Shown: positions 12,257 through 25,400 of the stretch, in pieces
How the letters are laid out: every line of letters starts with the position of its first letter
Numbering within the stretch: position 1 is the stretch's first letter
DNA from: Marsupella aquatica
Lineage: Eukaryota > Plantae > Marchantiophyta
DNA: 64,000 nt
Direction: 5' to 3'
Assembly (NCBI GenBank): GCA_973895155.1
Contig: OZ316892.1
Coordinates: forward strand, 29,456,932 to 29,520,931
Position numbers and translations under genes: made by a program
The notes under the pieces: generated by a model
Told to the model about the DNA's origin: nothing
The model's database searches: none
What the model saw: the letters and a program-made list of their open reading frames with translations, nothing else

Positions 12257-13568
12257 ATGGCGAGGAGATTGATCCCTCTCTTGGACAGAGTGCTGGTGGA
12301 GAAGGTCGTCCCACCCACGAAAACTGTCGGCGGGATCTTGCTGCCCGAGTCGGCCTCTGCTAAATCGGTTTGCCATCTTTTCTTTTCTCTTCTCTTCTCT
12401 TATGAGTTATGATTTGGGCCATGCTCTCTCGTGAGCTGCGACGAGAATATTGCGGACTCCTCCCTCCTCTTGTGAGTTGCGATGAGGGTCATGCACAGGC
12501 CTTCCCTCATGTTCAATCTTTTATGGGCGTGATTGTTTGCTAGTTTCAAGAGGGCCCTTTGTCTGAAAGCTGTGGTGGTGATCTGTATGCAGGTCAATTC
12601 AGGGGTCGTTATTGCAACTGGTCCCGGGGGTAGGACTAAAGATGGGGGTGTTGTGCCCATTAGCGTTAAGGAAGGAGACACTGTTCTCCTTCCCGAGTAT
12701 GGTGGCAACACTATCAAACTAGGGGAAAAAGAGTAAGTTGCCCTATTGTGAAATCCTTTATTGAATCTTCACGAGCCCAGTCCTCTGAAACGGACCTGTA
12801 CTGTTCCGTCTCTGAGGCTTCCACTTGGTCTGTCCTCCGAGGGGCCATGATAAAGCCGTAGTGTGCCCTTATGTGTAGTTTTGCGTATTTTCAGCATTTC
12901 AATTTTTATGTCGATAGCTCATTCCCCCTGCTCAACCCCTACATAAATACAGACAAATATTTTTCGGTCCTACCCTGAGGGCCTGGGATTTAGGTCTACA
13001 ACATGGTGACGACCAGCAGTTGATTTCGTCTCCAAATTGCGCAATCGGGCATCGGTCGTGCTTAGAAGTGTATGCTTGAGTCTGAAGGGTTCTCCGCATG
13101 GCATTGTCTCGGGGTTACCTTTTGCTCAGATCCCGTCCTCGCGTTCTCCAGCAGCAGAGACATGCTTTGCCTGTGATATCCCTCTTCTACTTGAGGTTTA
13201 GGGTTTACAGTCGACTTCCTGTCCTAAACTGAGGAAGCTAAGATTTGGGTATTTTGAAAGGAGGCCTCTCTGCACTTTGTTTCTGCATGTCTTTTGCAAG
13301 TCTGTGCCACACTGCAAATTTTTCCTTTGTTGTGAAATTCCTGCTCGTGGAGATAATTTCACGAATTTAGCAGTCATAACGTTGTCCACCCATGCGTACG
13401 CTTGGAAACTTCTTTGTTTTGTCCAATTGGATTCAACTTTGAGCTGATGACAGTTATGTAATTGAGGTTGAAGTTAGCTGGCTGACCGCCAACTGTAATT
13501 TTCTGATTGTCCCTCGCAGGTTTGTCCTATACCGGGAGGATGACATCATGGGAATTTTGGAGAACTGA
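12257..13568 (+). CDS. CPN10: 10-kDa chaperonin (GroES/HSP10, mitochondrial type), 99 aa; exons 12257-12367, 12593-12732, 13520-13568
   Basis: Spliced product MARRLIPLLDRVLVEKVVPPTKTVGGILLPES...VNSGVVIATGPG...VKEGDTVLLPEYGG...EFVLYREDDIMGILEN*. Introns are GT-AG and exons total 300 nt. Confidence 0.95.
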
Positions 13569-15834
13569 ATATTTCCATGGGCTTCTGGCCGAAAATTTTG
13601 ATGAGTTGTCCGATACTATAAGGCAAGCAGGTGATAGATATTTAGGCTAGTTATCTCTATTGAGCCCGTTGAGATTACGGGCTGCCTAGAGTCGCTTCTG
13701 AAAGAGGGAGAAGAGCAGAAATCCGAACAGTGACCAGCTGTGTTAAGATATGCCAATTGAGACATTTTTATCCATTTAACATGTTTAGACGACGGGCTTG
13801 ATTTAATATATCTCCACTGGGTTGTCTTCCGCATACTTTGCCATATTCCTGTGGATTCTGATGCTCCCCTGGCTAGTTAGGATTCTTTAGTGTCGAAGGT
13901 GTGAGTATTCCAGTTCTAGAACTTGCTCTCAAAGAGAGGTGCGCATGTTCAGCATTCCTCAAAGCCCGTCTGCCACATATCAGAGTGCTCACCTAAGTCA
14001 GCGAATGTGGAGGGCCCTAGTCGAAAGGTTTTCTTGAATGACTTGGTTGATTCATAGACTTGAGAAGCGAAACTGAGACAGCACCTCTAACAAGCAGATC
14101 CTAAGTAACCTTCACCTCTACAATGGGAGCAGCTTACAATTCGACTGTGTTCTCTGCTTACTTAAAACGGGACAGGTGGAAAGAATATGTGAGGCTGTTT
14201 ACAAATAGAATGTTCCTACGTGCGTATTTCAGATAGCTGTCGAATCTGCAGATTGCCTTTGTTTCCGATAATGAAGTTAGCTATGACTAATGGTTTTCTC
14301 CCAATCTTATGAATGAGCACAACGTTGCGAAATAAAAGTCTTATGTGTCTCGAAGTCTGAGGTTTTAGTCTCTAGTACTGTCCATGGATGAAATCTGGTC
14401 ATACTCCAGACAAGCTTCTGTCGACTAACTGGAGATTTCCCATCCTTAGTCGATGAAGAATTCTTCTCTGAAGTGGCACTGCCTGGCGGGAATTTATAGA
14501 TCTCCTTCAAAGGTGGCAACACATTGCTCTCTTGTCTAGGACAGAGCTGTAGAAAGCAGTCTTCCCTTCCATTGTTAGTACAATTTGAGCAAGCAACCTC
14601 CAACTTATTTGTCTAATTGGACGAAGAAAAGGAGAGCTCAAAAACTACTCGTTTTAGGTCACTTCTCATTCATAACCTGTGGAAGCCGAGGGAGAGGCTA
14701 CGCGTCCAGAAACAAGTCATGATGTACAATTCTGGACCGAGAAATTAAGTTTTGTCACTTGTCTCATACATTTTCTGGAAATACTGACTAATAGAGCAAT
14801 ATGAACTTTCACTATTAGACGAAATTTTATTTTCATTTCTTTAGTAGTACAATAGGAGCTTTGAATCGCATTTATTAGTATGTGCAGCTGATAGCATTTC
14901 TAGAGTACCGCTCGCACTTATTCAAAGTATAGTATTCAAGTGGAAAAACTTGAACTTTAGATGGCCCCTGTCGACGCACTTCAATAACAACAAGAAACTA
15001 GGCAAGAGTTTGGGCAGGCTGCACCTATACTAAATGAAAATCATTATTTCACTGAAAATTGCAAAGAATGTATCTTCCACACAATAGGGCCTCTCACAAA
15101 TTATGGACTACCTAATTCATAGTCCATAACATTTTGCCATAAAAAAAGACTGGCCATATGTCATGACTATTAGTAACTATTAGTGAAAAAAAACCCTTTA
15201 AGAACCCTGTGAAAAACTTATGGCCATTTGCTTATGGCAGGAAGCCATCATCTGTAACTTTGAAGCTTTGAGACGCCCTACTAGTGTAACAAAGTGAAAA
15301 AAGTTCAATGTATCCTACATCATTGACTTAACTAAGTGGGACATAAAAACTTGGTCTAGAATCCCAAGGTATGGTCATCAAGAATATTACAAGCAGATTA
15401 CGGAGCGAGTGACAGCTCTAGACACAATAGTGTTGTCTAGCAATCTGTCCTGTTCAGGGAGTAACCAAGGCGAAATGGCTACGCAACAGGGGAAGCAGCC
15501 TGTGTGTAGGGAGATATAAAGGGTAATAAGGGAAATTGCTAGGTGACACTGGAGTGGCAAAGTGGAGTGAAATGTTACTTAAGAGACCCTAGGGTGGAAG
15601 GCAAAAAATTGCCAGATGATAGGGGAAACTACAGTGTAAATCAAATTGTCCAAACAAAAAAGGACAATTGTACACATTTTGTATCATAAATCACAAATGA
15701 GGGACACTTTTCATTTGGCCTTGTCGAGAACAACATTCTAAAATGGTGAGCTAGCAAGTAGCCCATGGAATCTCTCCAAAGGATGGAGGCACATTTAGAA
15801 TTCGAAGCTATCCTGGACATATATCACACTACCA

Positions 15835-16045
15835 TCTACAACTATAATAAGGGATCCTGCATTTTTTTGTTCTTCGTCCCAATACAAAATATCTCCTGGG
15901 CGGGAAAGATCCACAGCCGTTGAATTCGTTTGACTGTTTTCGCTGACCATTGATGGAGGAAATGGGCACCCCTGGTGTATATGTGCTTCCCCACACTGCC
16001 CCATCAATGCCCCAGCCCGACTCCCTATGAGCTGGCCTTCCTTGT
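15835..16045 (+). repeat. Dispersed ~210-bp repeat (second copy at ~47937-48145)
   Basis: TCTACAA.TATAATAAGGGATCCTG...AAAGATCCACAGCCGTTG.ATTCGTTTGACTGTTT...CACCCCTGGTG...GTGCTTCCCCACA occurs at both places. Confidence 0.85.
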
Positions 16046-16829
16046 GCCCTGCAATGCACTGGCATAGGCTAGTGCATTGGCTCCTAGAACAATAAAAGCC
16101 AAACATGGAGACAAGATCCCAGAACAAGAAACCCAACACACTCAAGAAAACAAAGAGAAATAAAAAGACGGCTTTTATAAGCTTTCAGGCACCTAAAAGT
16201 GTGTTTGGATAGGTTGAATATCGAGATCGATAAATCCCATGGGAGCACCAAAACAAAATGACTATACTATGGGAGTACCAAACTCGTCAAAGCATCCATC
16301 CCAGAATCAACGTTCAGAGCGCTCGTCACAGACACAACTCGAGGTCCACACATTCAGCTCAATGGGATCGACACCAAATTCCACAGGTTTCGTGGATTAC
16401 AGCCTTTGCTTGAGCAGACCCCACACGGCTCCAATTGAGTTCTTCCTACCGCCCCTCAGGACGTGGAGGCACCAATGTGCACTCCCCAACTACATTTTCA
16501 GCGTCCCCTTGTCTAGTCGGATTGTTTCAAGTGGTTCTTTCATGGACTGATTTCGTTGGGTTTATTGTCTCTGAGAAGAGTTGTACCGAGGAAAAATTTG
16601 AAAGAGGGTTGGCCCCAGTTTCTGTTCTTCTTCTGTGGGGGATCGTGATACGAGAGAGAGCTGAGATCAATTGGAGCTTTGACTGTGGATACTCGTGAAT
16701 TGGGTATACTAGCTTACTCGGAAATTGGATGAGATCAGTGGTGTCTGTAGGGTTAGAGTAATCTCTTTCTCGATCAAGTTCTGAGATTGAATCAGTGAGG
16801 AGGGGGAAGGGGACTTCTTCTAGGAAGCC

Positions 16830-19303
16830 ATGACAACTCTCACTTCGTCTTTGACCACATTCTTCTCGAGTAGTGACATGAAATGTGGAGCCCCTTCGGT
16901 TGCCGGATGCAGAGCCGGATGCTTTGTACTATCAGCCCCGGTAGCAGCAGGACGAACAAATTTTCGGGGTTCCAGGAGGGCCAGCAGTAGGGTCTATCAT
17001 CTCCTTTCAGTTGCCGTACAAGCTCATAGGGATCACAGGGAAAACATCATAGCCCATTTCGGCACGAGGGAGTCATCACCGAAGAAGAGCTGGCAATGCC
17101 ATGCTGAGCGGAAGGAAACTGAGTCCGAACCTGCTCCTGAGGATCCTAATTCCTCTTGTTGTGTGAGTGTCAGTTTCACAGATAAAATGCAACTCTCGGT
17201 GGTCTTTGTTCATTGTTAGTCCCATGAGTCCCTGTGGACAATTGGTTCGTTGATTCAACAATTTTAGAATTGCTCAGCATGAGCTACCAATCGAGAATTC
17301 AGTGGGAGAGGAGAAGGTAGCACTGACCGTTTCCGCCTTGGCAATAATCAGAGAACAGACTCAATAGTTTTGATCCTAAATTTGCCCTTTGACCGAACTT
17401 AAGAGACTCAGAGAATGTGTTCGCCAAGTCAAAAAGCCATCAACGTCAATTGCGTGAAATGGAAGATTAAGTCGTCAAAAGATGTGAAGGACTAATTTTT
17501 ACGAGGATTGAGAAAGTTGCAGCGCTTGAAGGGTTTAGGGTTCACTGCGTTCACACTGTAGTAACGCCAGATTCTAGCTGGAGGCCAATTAATGGTTTTC
17601 CTTGCTGATTCCTTGGAATGTTTCCCAATTTCTAAGAGCAATCTAATGTGGAGTCCAGCCGGTGATGCCCTAGATTTGAGTGTTAGCTCACTTTCTTCTC
17701 TGGCGATGCTTTCAGAGTGATTCTGCGGAGCGAGGAGATTCTCCCCCTGCAACTGGTGTCCAAGCAGAGTCAAGTAGCGGTGGCGGGCAGGCGTTTGAGA
17801 CATACGGTCCCGGGAAACGAGGGAATCAGCTGGTTGCATTGGCATCAGTGACTGTAGCTGTAGGTCTTTTCGTTTCCGGCAGGATTGGAGGTGGCGGCCC
17901 GGGCCTACCTGAAATGGCTGCTTCTGCCATATCTTACCAAGAGGTTATTTTCTTTAATCCTTTCAGTATTCCTTCCTCCCTCAAGGTCTTACGAATCTTT
18001 CTTATGTGAGGTTGCAAGTCCTCTGGCTTGCGGTTCCCCTTCTAATAAAAAAAAAGGAAAAAGGTCCTCTGGTAATTAACCTGTCCAGCTTGGGCTATGA
18101 AGGTCCACTGTATAAATAATGGCTACATATATCAAGTTTCAGGCATGTGGACAGGATAGAGTCAGTAGCTGATCGAGGCTCTGTTGCACGCAAGGTTTGG
18201 TAACTATCTGGAATGCAGAAATAGAAAGTTGCTTTTTTCTGTAAACTGGGCAATTCCTCGTGAATATAGCAATTCGGCAATTATTGCATGCTGTGATTGC
18301 GGGTATCAATGAATGAATCAGTTGAACTCTTCCGGGACCAAACCGGGCAATAAGAAAACAGAGAGTCTCATCTTGCCGAATTTCGGTAGAACTTCATTCT
18401 GTTGCTACCTAGCTAGTTCAGGAATGGATTTCATGAGATTTAGGCATGTGAGGACTTCGCCTCACAGATTTGTGGATGCAAGCTCGACTTGAAACCTACT
18501 CGTCAATTAGGAAGATGTACTTACTCTGCGCCACCGGCAAATCTGCAAGACTCACTTGCATGAAAGGGACAGAGTGCCTGATTTTGTGGTTGTGACAGGC
18601 CCTTAATAATGGCAGACCAACAGTGGTAGAATTTTATGCTGATTGGTGCGAAGTTTGTAAAGAAACAGCCCATGATGTCTACGAGATTGAGCAAGAGTAC
18701 AAGTAAGCTTTTCCCTTCATGGTCCTGGAAACTTCTTCAGAGACAAGACTGTAGACTTAACATCCAGATTTGTCAATGTCTTTCATTAGATCTGGCTTGG
18801 CAGTCCTGATGCTGGTGATGCTGTGGTTGTGTCTTAGGATTAATTTCAAACGAAGTCGTTTAATGTGGGCACGTCAGTTTGTTGTTTTATGAACCAGATT
18901 TGCTAGAGAAAGGTTTTGGGACGGTAGTCTGCGGTGCTGAGCTAATCAGAGTTATCGGCGAATGTCCTACTCGCTGACCAGCTGTTCTCTTCGCTTGGCT
19001 TGGAATGACAGGGATAAGATCAATTTTGTGATGCTCAATGTGGACAACTCTAAGTGGGAAGAAGAATTAGACGAGTTTGGTGTGGAAGGAATACCTCACT
19101 TCGCATTTCTGGATAAGCAAGGCAATGAAGAAGGGAATATTGTGGGGAGGTTGCCAAGAAAGATTTTGAAGGAGAACCTTGCTGCCTTGGCTAGAGGAGA
19201 TGCTACCGTACCCCATACAAGAGTCGTAGGTCAATTTTCTAGTGCTGATTCCAAACAGGCGCCACCTGTAGTTGGCCCTCGCAGTCATAGCCAGATGTCA
19301 TGA
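16830..19303 (+). CDS. HCF164: Thylakoid thioredoxin-like protein HCF164; exons ~16830-17162, 17716-17943, 18599-18702, 19012-19303
   Basis: Ser/Arg-rich transit-like N-terminus, hydrophobic helix [14 protein letters not shown], then [20 protein letters not shown] and [31 protein letters not shown]...DPRSH-like end (GPRSH). Phases are consistent across GT-AG introns. Confidence 0.92.
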
Positions 19304-19429
19304 GCTGTTGTAAGACAACGTTGCATTGTAATTCGGAAGTAACTTAAACTGGGTGGCTTCATTCTTTTTCACCTGGCCTTTGCACTCAAGATCAGCTTTG
19401 TCAATTTCTTGAGTGTGATTCTGCAGGTG

Positions 19430-21828
19430 TGCCAATCTGTCTTTCCGCAGTGTTTGGACGACGGATGTAGTAGCCTCCCGAAGCCTCGTGCCAATCTCAC
19501 TACTTCTCAGTGCAGATGTATCTTGACTTGCAACCAATGTTAAGTCGGGGGTGTGGAATTGTAGAATCCGATCTGCATGCTTGAAGTTATTTATTATTGT
19601 GCAAATTATACGATCCCTGATAACTTCATGACATATCGATTTGTCTTTGAGATCCAAGCGCAGCCCACAACCTCGCTTTAAAAGTTTCAATTAACTCATT
19701 AACAATTCCAAAGTTAATATTCAGAAACGACAATTTATATTTCAAGTAAGATTCAAATTCTCTCGGCGAACGTTGATACATAGAAACTTATAGGATCTAA
19801 ACACCATTTTCCCTCAGAAACGAAGCTTCTTCTCTGATGCTCTTTGCACTGCGCACCGACATCCAACTGGAACGGTGGCATTGGCAGTGCAAGCCTCTAA
19901 GGTCCGATACGTGAATCATACAGAAATTTTCCGAATTGTGACTACAGATGCTTGGTGGCACCAGTCCAAAACTATCTCAGGAGATGTAAATCGTAAAACT
20001 ACTTTTGCGAGACAGTGTCACTTGATGCATGCGAAACAGATTCAGAACTCTCCTGCTCCAAGAAACCATCTCAGGAATCAGTTCGAATCGTCGTCACTCA
20101 GGACACCCACCTCCTTCCTGGTGAGCATTACCATTGAAAAACCGAACAACAGCTCGTGCCGTAATGTTCTGGGACTGCATTACACGGATGTGTGGCAGAG
20201 CGGGTCCGTGGTTGGAGTCTCCACTGCTTTGGACAATGGGTTACTCCACCACATTGTACCCCACATTCCCATCCTTTCATTGCCACGGCCTTTCCGTCGA
20301 AAGCTACTGAATCTCGGACATGGTCCTTCTCCAACGCCACGAAGCACTGTGTTCGATCGCAAAGCACAGCAGTCCTCTGGCTGCAGCGACGATTTAGACC
20401 TGAATATGTCACCGCCATACATGGACCTGTCAAAAATGCGCAGACTCCTTGCTCACTATTCCAACTCTATATAACCAACGTCGATCGCCGGCGCCCGACG
20501 TTGGGGACCAAGAGCGAGGTTCGCAAGACGATCCGCATCCTGATTCTGCACTCTGTCCACTCTCCAGAAGCGGACATTAATCCCCAAGCTATCCAAGTAA
20601 CAAATCTTACGGTGCAGCAGCATAATCGATTCCGCGTTGGCCACCGGTGCACCATTAGAAGTCAAGAAACCATTCATCATCCAAGTGTCTATGTACCTAG
20701 TGATCGATTGGAACAGGTAGTCTGAATCCGTAATGAGCACAACGCCGTCCTTCCACACTTGCCAGGTCATATCCCTTAGTATAATGTTCACCGCAATGTG
20801 AGCGGCGAAGATCTCGGCCTTATTGTTTGTCTGGATCGTGCGCCCGGGAAGAAGGCCGCAGCAGTTGAGGGGCGAATCTCGCCCAGAATAGACGCCATAC
20901 GCAGCCCTGGCTCCTGGCTGACCATTTCTGCGGCACGCACCATCGATGAACATGGCAATTCGCCCTCGTGACCCGCCCATACGTGATACTTCATTCATGC
21001 GGTCGTAGAACACAAGTTCGGACGGCACAATGCTTCGGTTCGTGCCTGGTATCACATCCTCGAAGCATCTATTCGTCGTCTGTGCCATTCTGAATCTTAA
21101 GCCAGGTTACAGTCTGTGCGATGTTGCAATTGGAAGAATGCAATGCAGTAAGGAGATACTCAGCGACGTGAGACTCGGAGACAAAGCCAATACTCTGTGA
21201 ACGCGCAGAAGCGATAGCTCCAAAGTTCTGCATCCAAATCAAGCCACATTCAATTCATGAACTTCGGAGCTGAAGTACGATAAGAATCCAGTACATAAAT
21301 TGATCTGATCTAGCACGATGCAGGAATGATTATAAAAAACGTCCTCACCATCAATCTCTCAGGAAAACACGACAAGAACGGGAACAATCCTATGTCCTAC
21401 AATTGCATTACAAAGGCAGTCAGCTGCAATGTGAATCAAGCAGAAAAGTCATAGTCAAAGTCATAGTCGTCGCCTACATTCAGCCTGTAAATATTCAACG
21501 TTCCGATCACTTCTATGGAAGTTATTGACAGTGTGAGTGACTGCTCCAACTCATGAGGGTCACCGATAATTGATGCAAGGAAAAACCTCGCAGCTACTGT
21601 ACATAACTGAACGATTTAGCGGCTACCCATCAGAATTTCCTATCCTGAACTTGACGCTGTGACCAAAATTCAGTGACAGAGCCGTCAAAATGAACAAATT
21701 GTATATTATAGTATTAGATTATATTATATACTAGTCGACTAGTGGACTGGTAGATCATAGGACGACAAACTGTACAGAGGGACTGAAATAAAATGCGGCC
21801 CGTTTTGAGCCCCACGCCCCACAGAGTA
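19430..21828. repeat. Segmental duplication block A (RNase H unit), homologous to ~38720-41165 and partly to ~36845-37570
   Basis: Shared blocks include TTGAGATCCAAGCGCAGCCCACAA, CTCCAAAGTTCTGCATCCAA, GCGGCTACCCATC and GTGACAGAGCCGTCAAAAT. Confidence 0.88.
20456..21088 (-). CDS. Stand-alone intronless ribonuclease HI-like protein, copy 1 (210 aa)
   Basis: All four acidic catalytic positions are present: FIDGAC, NNKAE, ITDSDY, NQDADRLA. It also has a basic-protrusion-like segment WMMNGFLTSNGAPVAN. Confidence 0.88.
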   Translation of the reverse strand: MAQTTNRCFEDVIPGTNRSIVPSELVFYDRMNEVSRMGGSRGRIAMFIDGACRRNGQPGARAAYGVYSGRDSPLNCCGLLPGRTIQTNNKAEIFAAHIAVNIILRDMTWQVWKDGVVLITDSDYLFQSITRYIDTWMMNGFLTSNGAPVANAESIMLLHRKICYLDSLGINVRFWRVDRVQNQDADRLANLALGPQRRAPAIDVGYIELE

Positions 21829-22103
21829 ACCCTGCGTTAAATCTACGCTGCGTTAATGCGCTCCAAGTTTAGCGGCACCCCGTACCCTGCCCGTCACGAA
21901 ATCCAATGCAGCCTGCCCGTTCCCCGACGCGACTTCGGTTTATGTTCTACCATTTTGATTTCGACCGCCACAACTGCCATTCCGTCCGTCGTCCGTCCGT
22001 TTCGAACTCGGGCGGGAGCACGAACCGTCTCCCCTCCCCTCCCCTGCCCCGTCTCGATAGTCGACTACTGTCGAAACCCTGCCAGACCACTCAAGCGCGC
22101 TTC
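21829..22103 (+). repeat. Left TIR (core ~275 bp; gapped similarity extends to ~22225)
   Basis: Reverse complement of 30701-30975, with about 2 mismatches seen by eye. Confidence 0.95.
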
Positions 22104-22484
22104 CGGACACCGCCTGCACACGAGCTCACGGTAGAATGATGGCAGATTCATTTTCACGAGTGCTTCATTCTGAAGTGTCAGGATTGTGATGCCACTACTT
22201 TCAACGTGATCGTCATTGCAAGCAAAGGGTGCGTGTGATTCTGCCATTGCTACCTGATATCATGTTATGCCGCTGTTCATTTCCACCGGTTTCATTTCCC
22301 CCTAAATGTTTCTGGTATTTGTCAGTTCACATGCTCTTTGTCTTTGCGTTCGTGGTACTACTCTGCAAACACGTCGCCGTTTAATTTCAATTGCCCCGAG
22401 TTTTGTACCAGAAATATTTGTCTTCTAGTTTATGTTCTACCAACGCCGTGGCAGGATAATTGTTGGGAGCCTTTGCGTAATCCA

Positions 22485-25400
22485 ATGAGTCATGAAACAT
22501 GGGAGTACGTACAGATTCCACCGGCTGGGAAATTTTCGTCGCTACAGATTGTTTGGAGCCCATATGACCAAGCTCTCATTCCATGGAACCGTCTCACTGA
22601 TTTTAAAGATGGCGAAGGCAGAAAGGATCCAAAATTTGAGAGCTCATTTCATATTAGATCCTCAAGAAAATCTAATTCAAATAACACTGATTGGATAGAA
22701 TATGCCATCTTCTGGTGTTCCTATGGCCCACAAGAGGAAGACATGCGTAGCGTAGCTATTCCTCCACTGCCTGGAACAAAACCAACATCAGGAGTTGGGA
22801 GTAGACCTAGATTACGTAAGAATGCATTCAACAACCATGCCAAGCGAGGATGTCAGTGTCATTTCATTGCGAAGAGGATGAAAGCCAACCCTGATGCTGT
22901 TCAGCTCTCCTACATAAACAGGCAAGGATGCATTCTGTCTAATTATGCATACTCCAAGTCTGTTGCAGGGTCCACGTTCACATGAATTTATGTGCTACAG
23001 TTCAGGTTTTGCCTAATTTTGTGCACATAGTTGTTTTTACTCTCTACCATCACATTTTGTATGCAATGGTTTATGTTCTGTCTGTGTTTCAATTGCAGAA
23101 AGCATTGTAATCAAAGAGGGGACATTGTGCATGGCGATTGGGATCCACAATTGGGGCCACCCTCTTGGGGACCAAAATGCACCATTGCTCCATGGTTGAC
23201 CAGAGATATCCGGAAGCACCTTGAGGACTTATTGAGGGCAGGATGGTCCGTCCTTGATATTTATGACCTCCATTGTCAATCGCAGTTTGAAAGAGATGGT
23301 GATGATCATGGACACAATACCACTGATCCTGGTGTGACACTAACTTTCGATGGGAGAGATGACCTGGTTTCTAAACAAGATCTTCGAAACCTCAAACGAA
23401 AAGTTGACAAGGAGACCTGGCTATGGTCTGATAATGACCAGGCATCGATGCGCAAATGGATGGGGATGTATCCTGAGAGAGTGCTTCTATCACAGGAGGA
23501 CATGGCGGGCCCACCAGAGCAGGAATTCATACTTTCATTGCAGTCACCTTGGCAAAGAGCGCAGATGATCACCCTATCTCATGGATCAGTGTTGGCGTTA
23601 GATAGTACCTTTGCAACTAATAAATATGGGGTATGTAATTAGCATAATTTCATCTCCTCAACATTCGGTGCATTCATGGCATTCCATGTCTTGTAGTTCA
23701 TGTTTTGCCCTCTTCATATGTTTTCTTGTGTCAGTTCCTTCAATTATGGTTCATGTTCTGCCATCACACCTATTTGACCATGCAGTCGACTTCATTTTGT
23801 GTCTTTGTTGAAGTTCATGTTCTGCCATCTTCATATGTTTTGTTGTGTCTATCCCTTCTGTTATAGTTCATGTTCTGCCATGTCACTACACAATGTACTT
23901 GAGTTCATTATTTGTCTTCTAGTTCATGTTCTGCCTTTCTAACCCCAGTGCGGTTGCAGTTCCCTTTCTTCACGCTCGTTGCTTTTGATCAACACCAGAT
24001 GGGATTACCCATAGCATGGTGCATCCAGCAGTCTGAATCAGCTGAGCACATCGCTACTTTTTTGAAGGCAGTAAAGGATACAGCCTTGGCGCACAAACCT
24101 GATTGGAGTCCTAGCTGCTTCATTATTGACTGTGCTCAGGCTGAAGTCAGCGCATTGAAAGTTGTCTTTCCCGATATCCCCATTTATTTTTGCAGTTGGC
24201 ATGTTTGACGGTATGTTCTTCCACATTGAAAACATTTTGTGTTGCAAGTAATGTTACCAATGTTACCACATTTGTAACTCGTCGTATGAAGTTCATGTTC
24301 TACCCAACCCACTTACGTGTTTGTGTATACATAGCTTGGAAGGAGAATTTGATCAAGACTGTACCAAATAGAACCAAGCTTCTGGATATGAACGATGATC
24401 TGGGGGATCTCATGTACGCCAATACTGAGGAAGACATGCAAGTTAAGTGGCGATCCTTCCAAGCAAAGTACCACATGGAACAACGATTCCTAGCTTATTT
24501 TGAAGACACTTGGATGCACAGAACAGGTTCATGTTCTGCCGACCTCCTACTCATTTTTCCTTGCGATGAGTCAAGCATATTTCTTGGCAGTTTTCTCATG
24601 ATTACAACTAATTATTGTTTTTATGCATTTGTGGAATCACAGCAAAGTGGATGAGGGCTGTTCGAGACATGCCTCGAGCAAACCAGAATACAAATGGTGC
24701 AATTGAAGCTTGGCATTTAACATTCAAGAAGATGATCAAGAGGAATATTGGGTCCATTGGAGCTCTGCGTCTAGACAGGGTTGTCACTTCTTTGTTCCAG
24801 GTTATGCTTCCTTTCTTTTGGTACCAGCTTCGGTGCAAAGCAAGGGGGAGAGTCATCAATTACAAAAAGGAAGAGGTTGTTCTCAATAGCCTCCACAAGG
24901 CCATGCATGCCATGAAATTCCACGAAGTCTATTTTCCTTATCCAAGCCTGCCCAACCAGGCAATAGTAAGAAGTGCCAAGCCTGATGGGAAGGAGCATAT
25001 GGTTCGAAATATATTCTCAAACTTTCCTTCCTGTGATTGTAAATGGGCGGATGAGGGAAATATGTGTAAACATCAGATCAAGGCTCTCTTATTTAGAGGC
25101 TTCGATGGAGGTGTTCTAGTACAACAATTAGGGTCCAGGTTTGGTACTCAGATGGGTGGCATTGACCATTTGGAATTGCTTCAACACGAAGAAACAGAGC
25201 TGGAAGGAGGACAAGCAACCGGAGTCCATGAGGACACAGACATCAACCAACAACCTGAACAGGTTCATGTTCTACAAATCTCTCTTTGTTTAAGTTTATA
25301 GAGTTTATTTAAGTTTATGTTCTACACTCATTCACGTTGACGGCGTTTGTTTAAGTTTATGTTCTGCACATGTTCATGTTGACGGCGTTTGTTTAAGTTT

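Noticed and set aside
19875-20725. 199-aa and 177-aa plus-strand ORFs
   Set aside because: They lie antisense to or downstream of the RNase H gene, and their frames are not preserved in the paralogous block.
20456-21088. RNase H as part of a retroelement or as MULE cargo
   Set aside because: No RT, LTR or integrase is nearby, and it lies outside the TSD-defined boundary.
21856-22139. Near-identical ORF pairs here and at 30590-30948
   Set aside because: They are by-products of the GC-rich TIRs, with no recognisable protein features.
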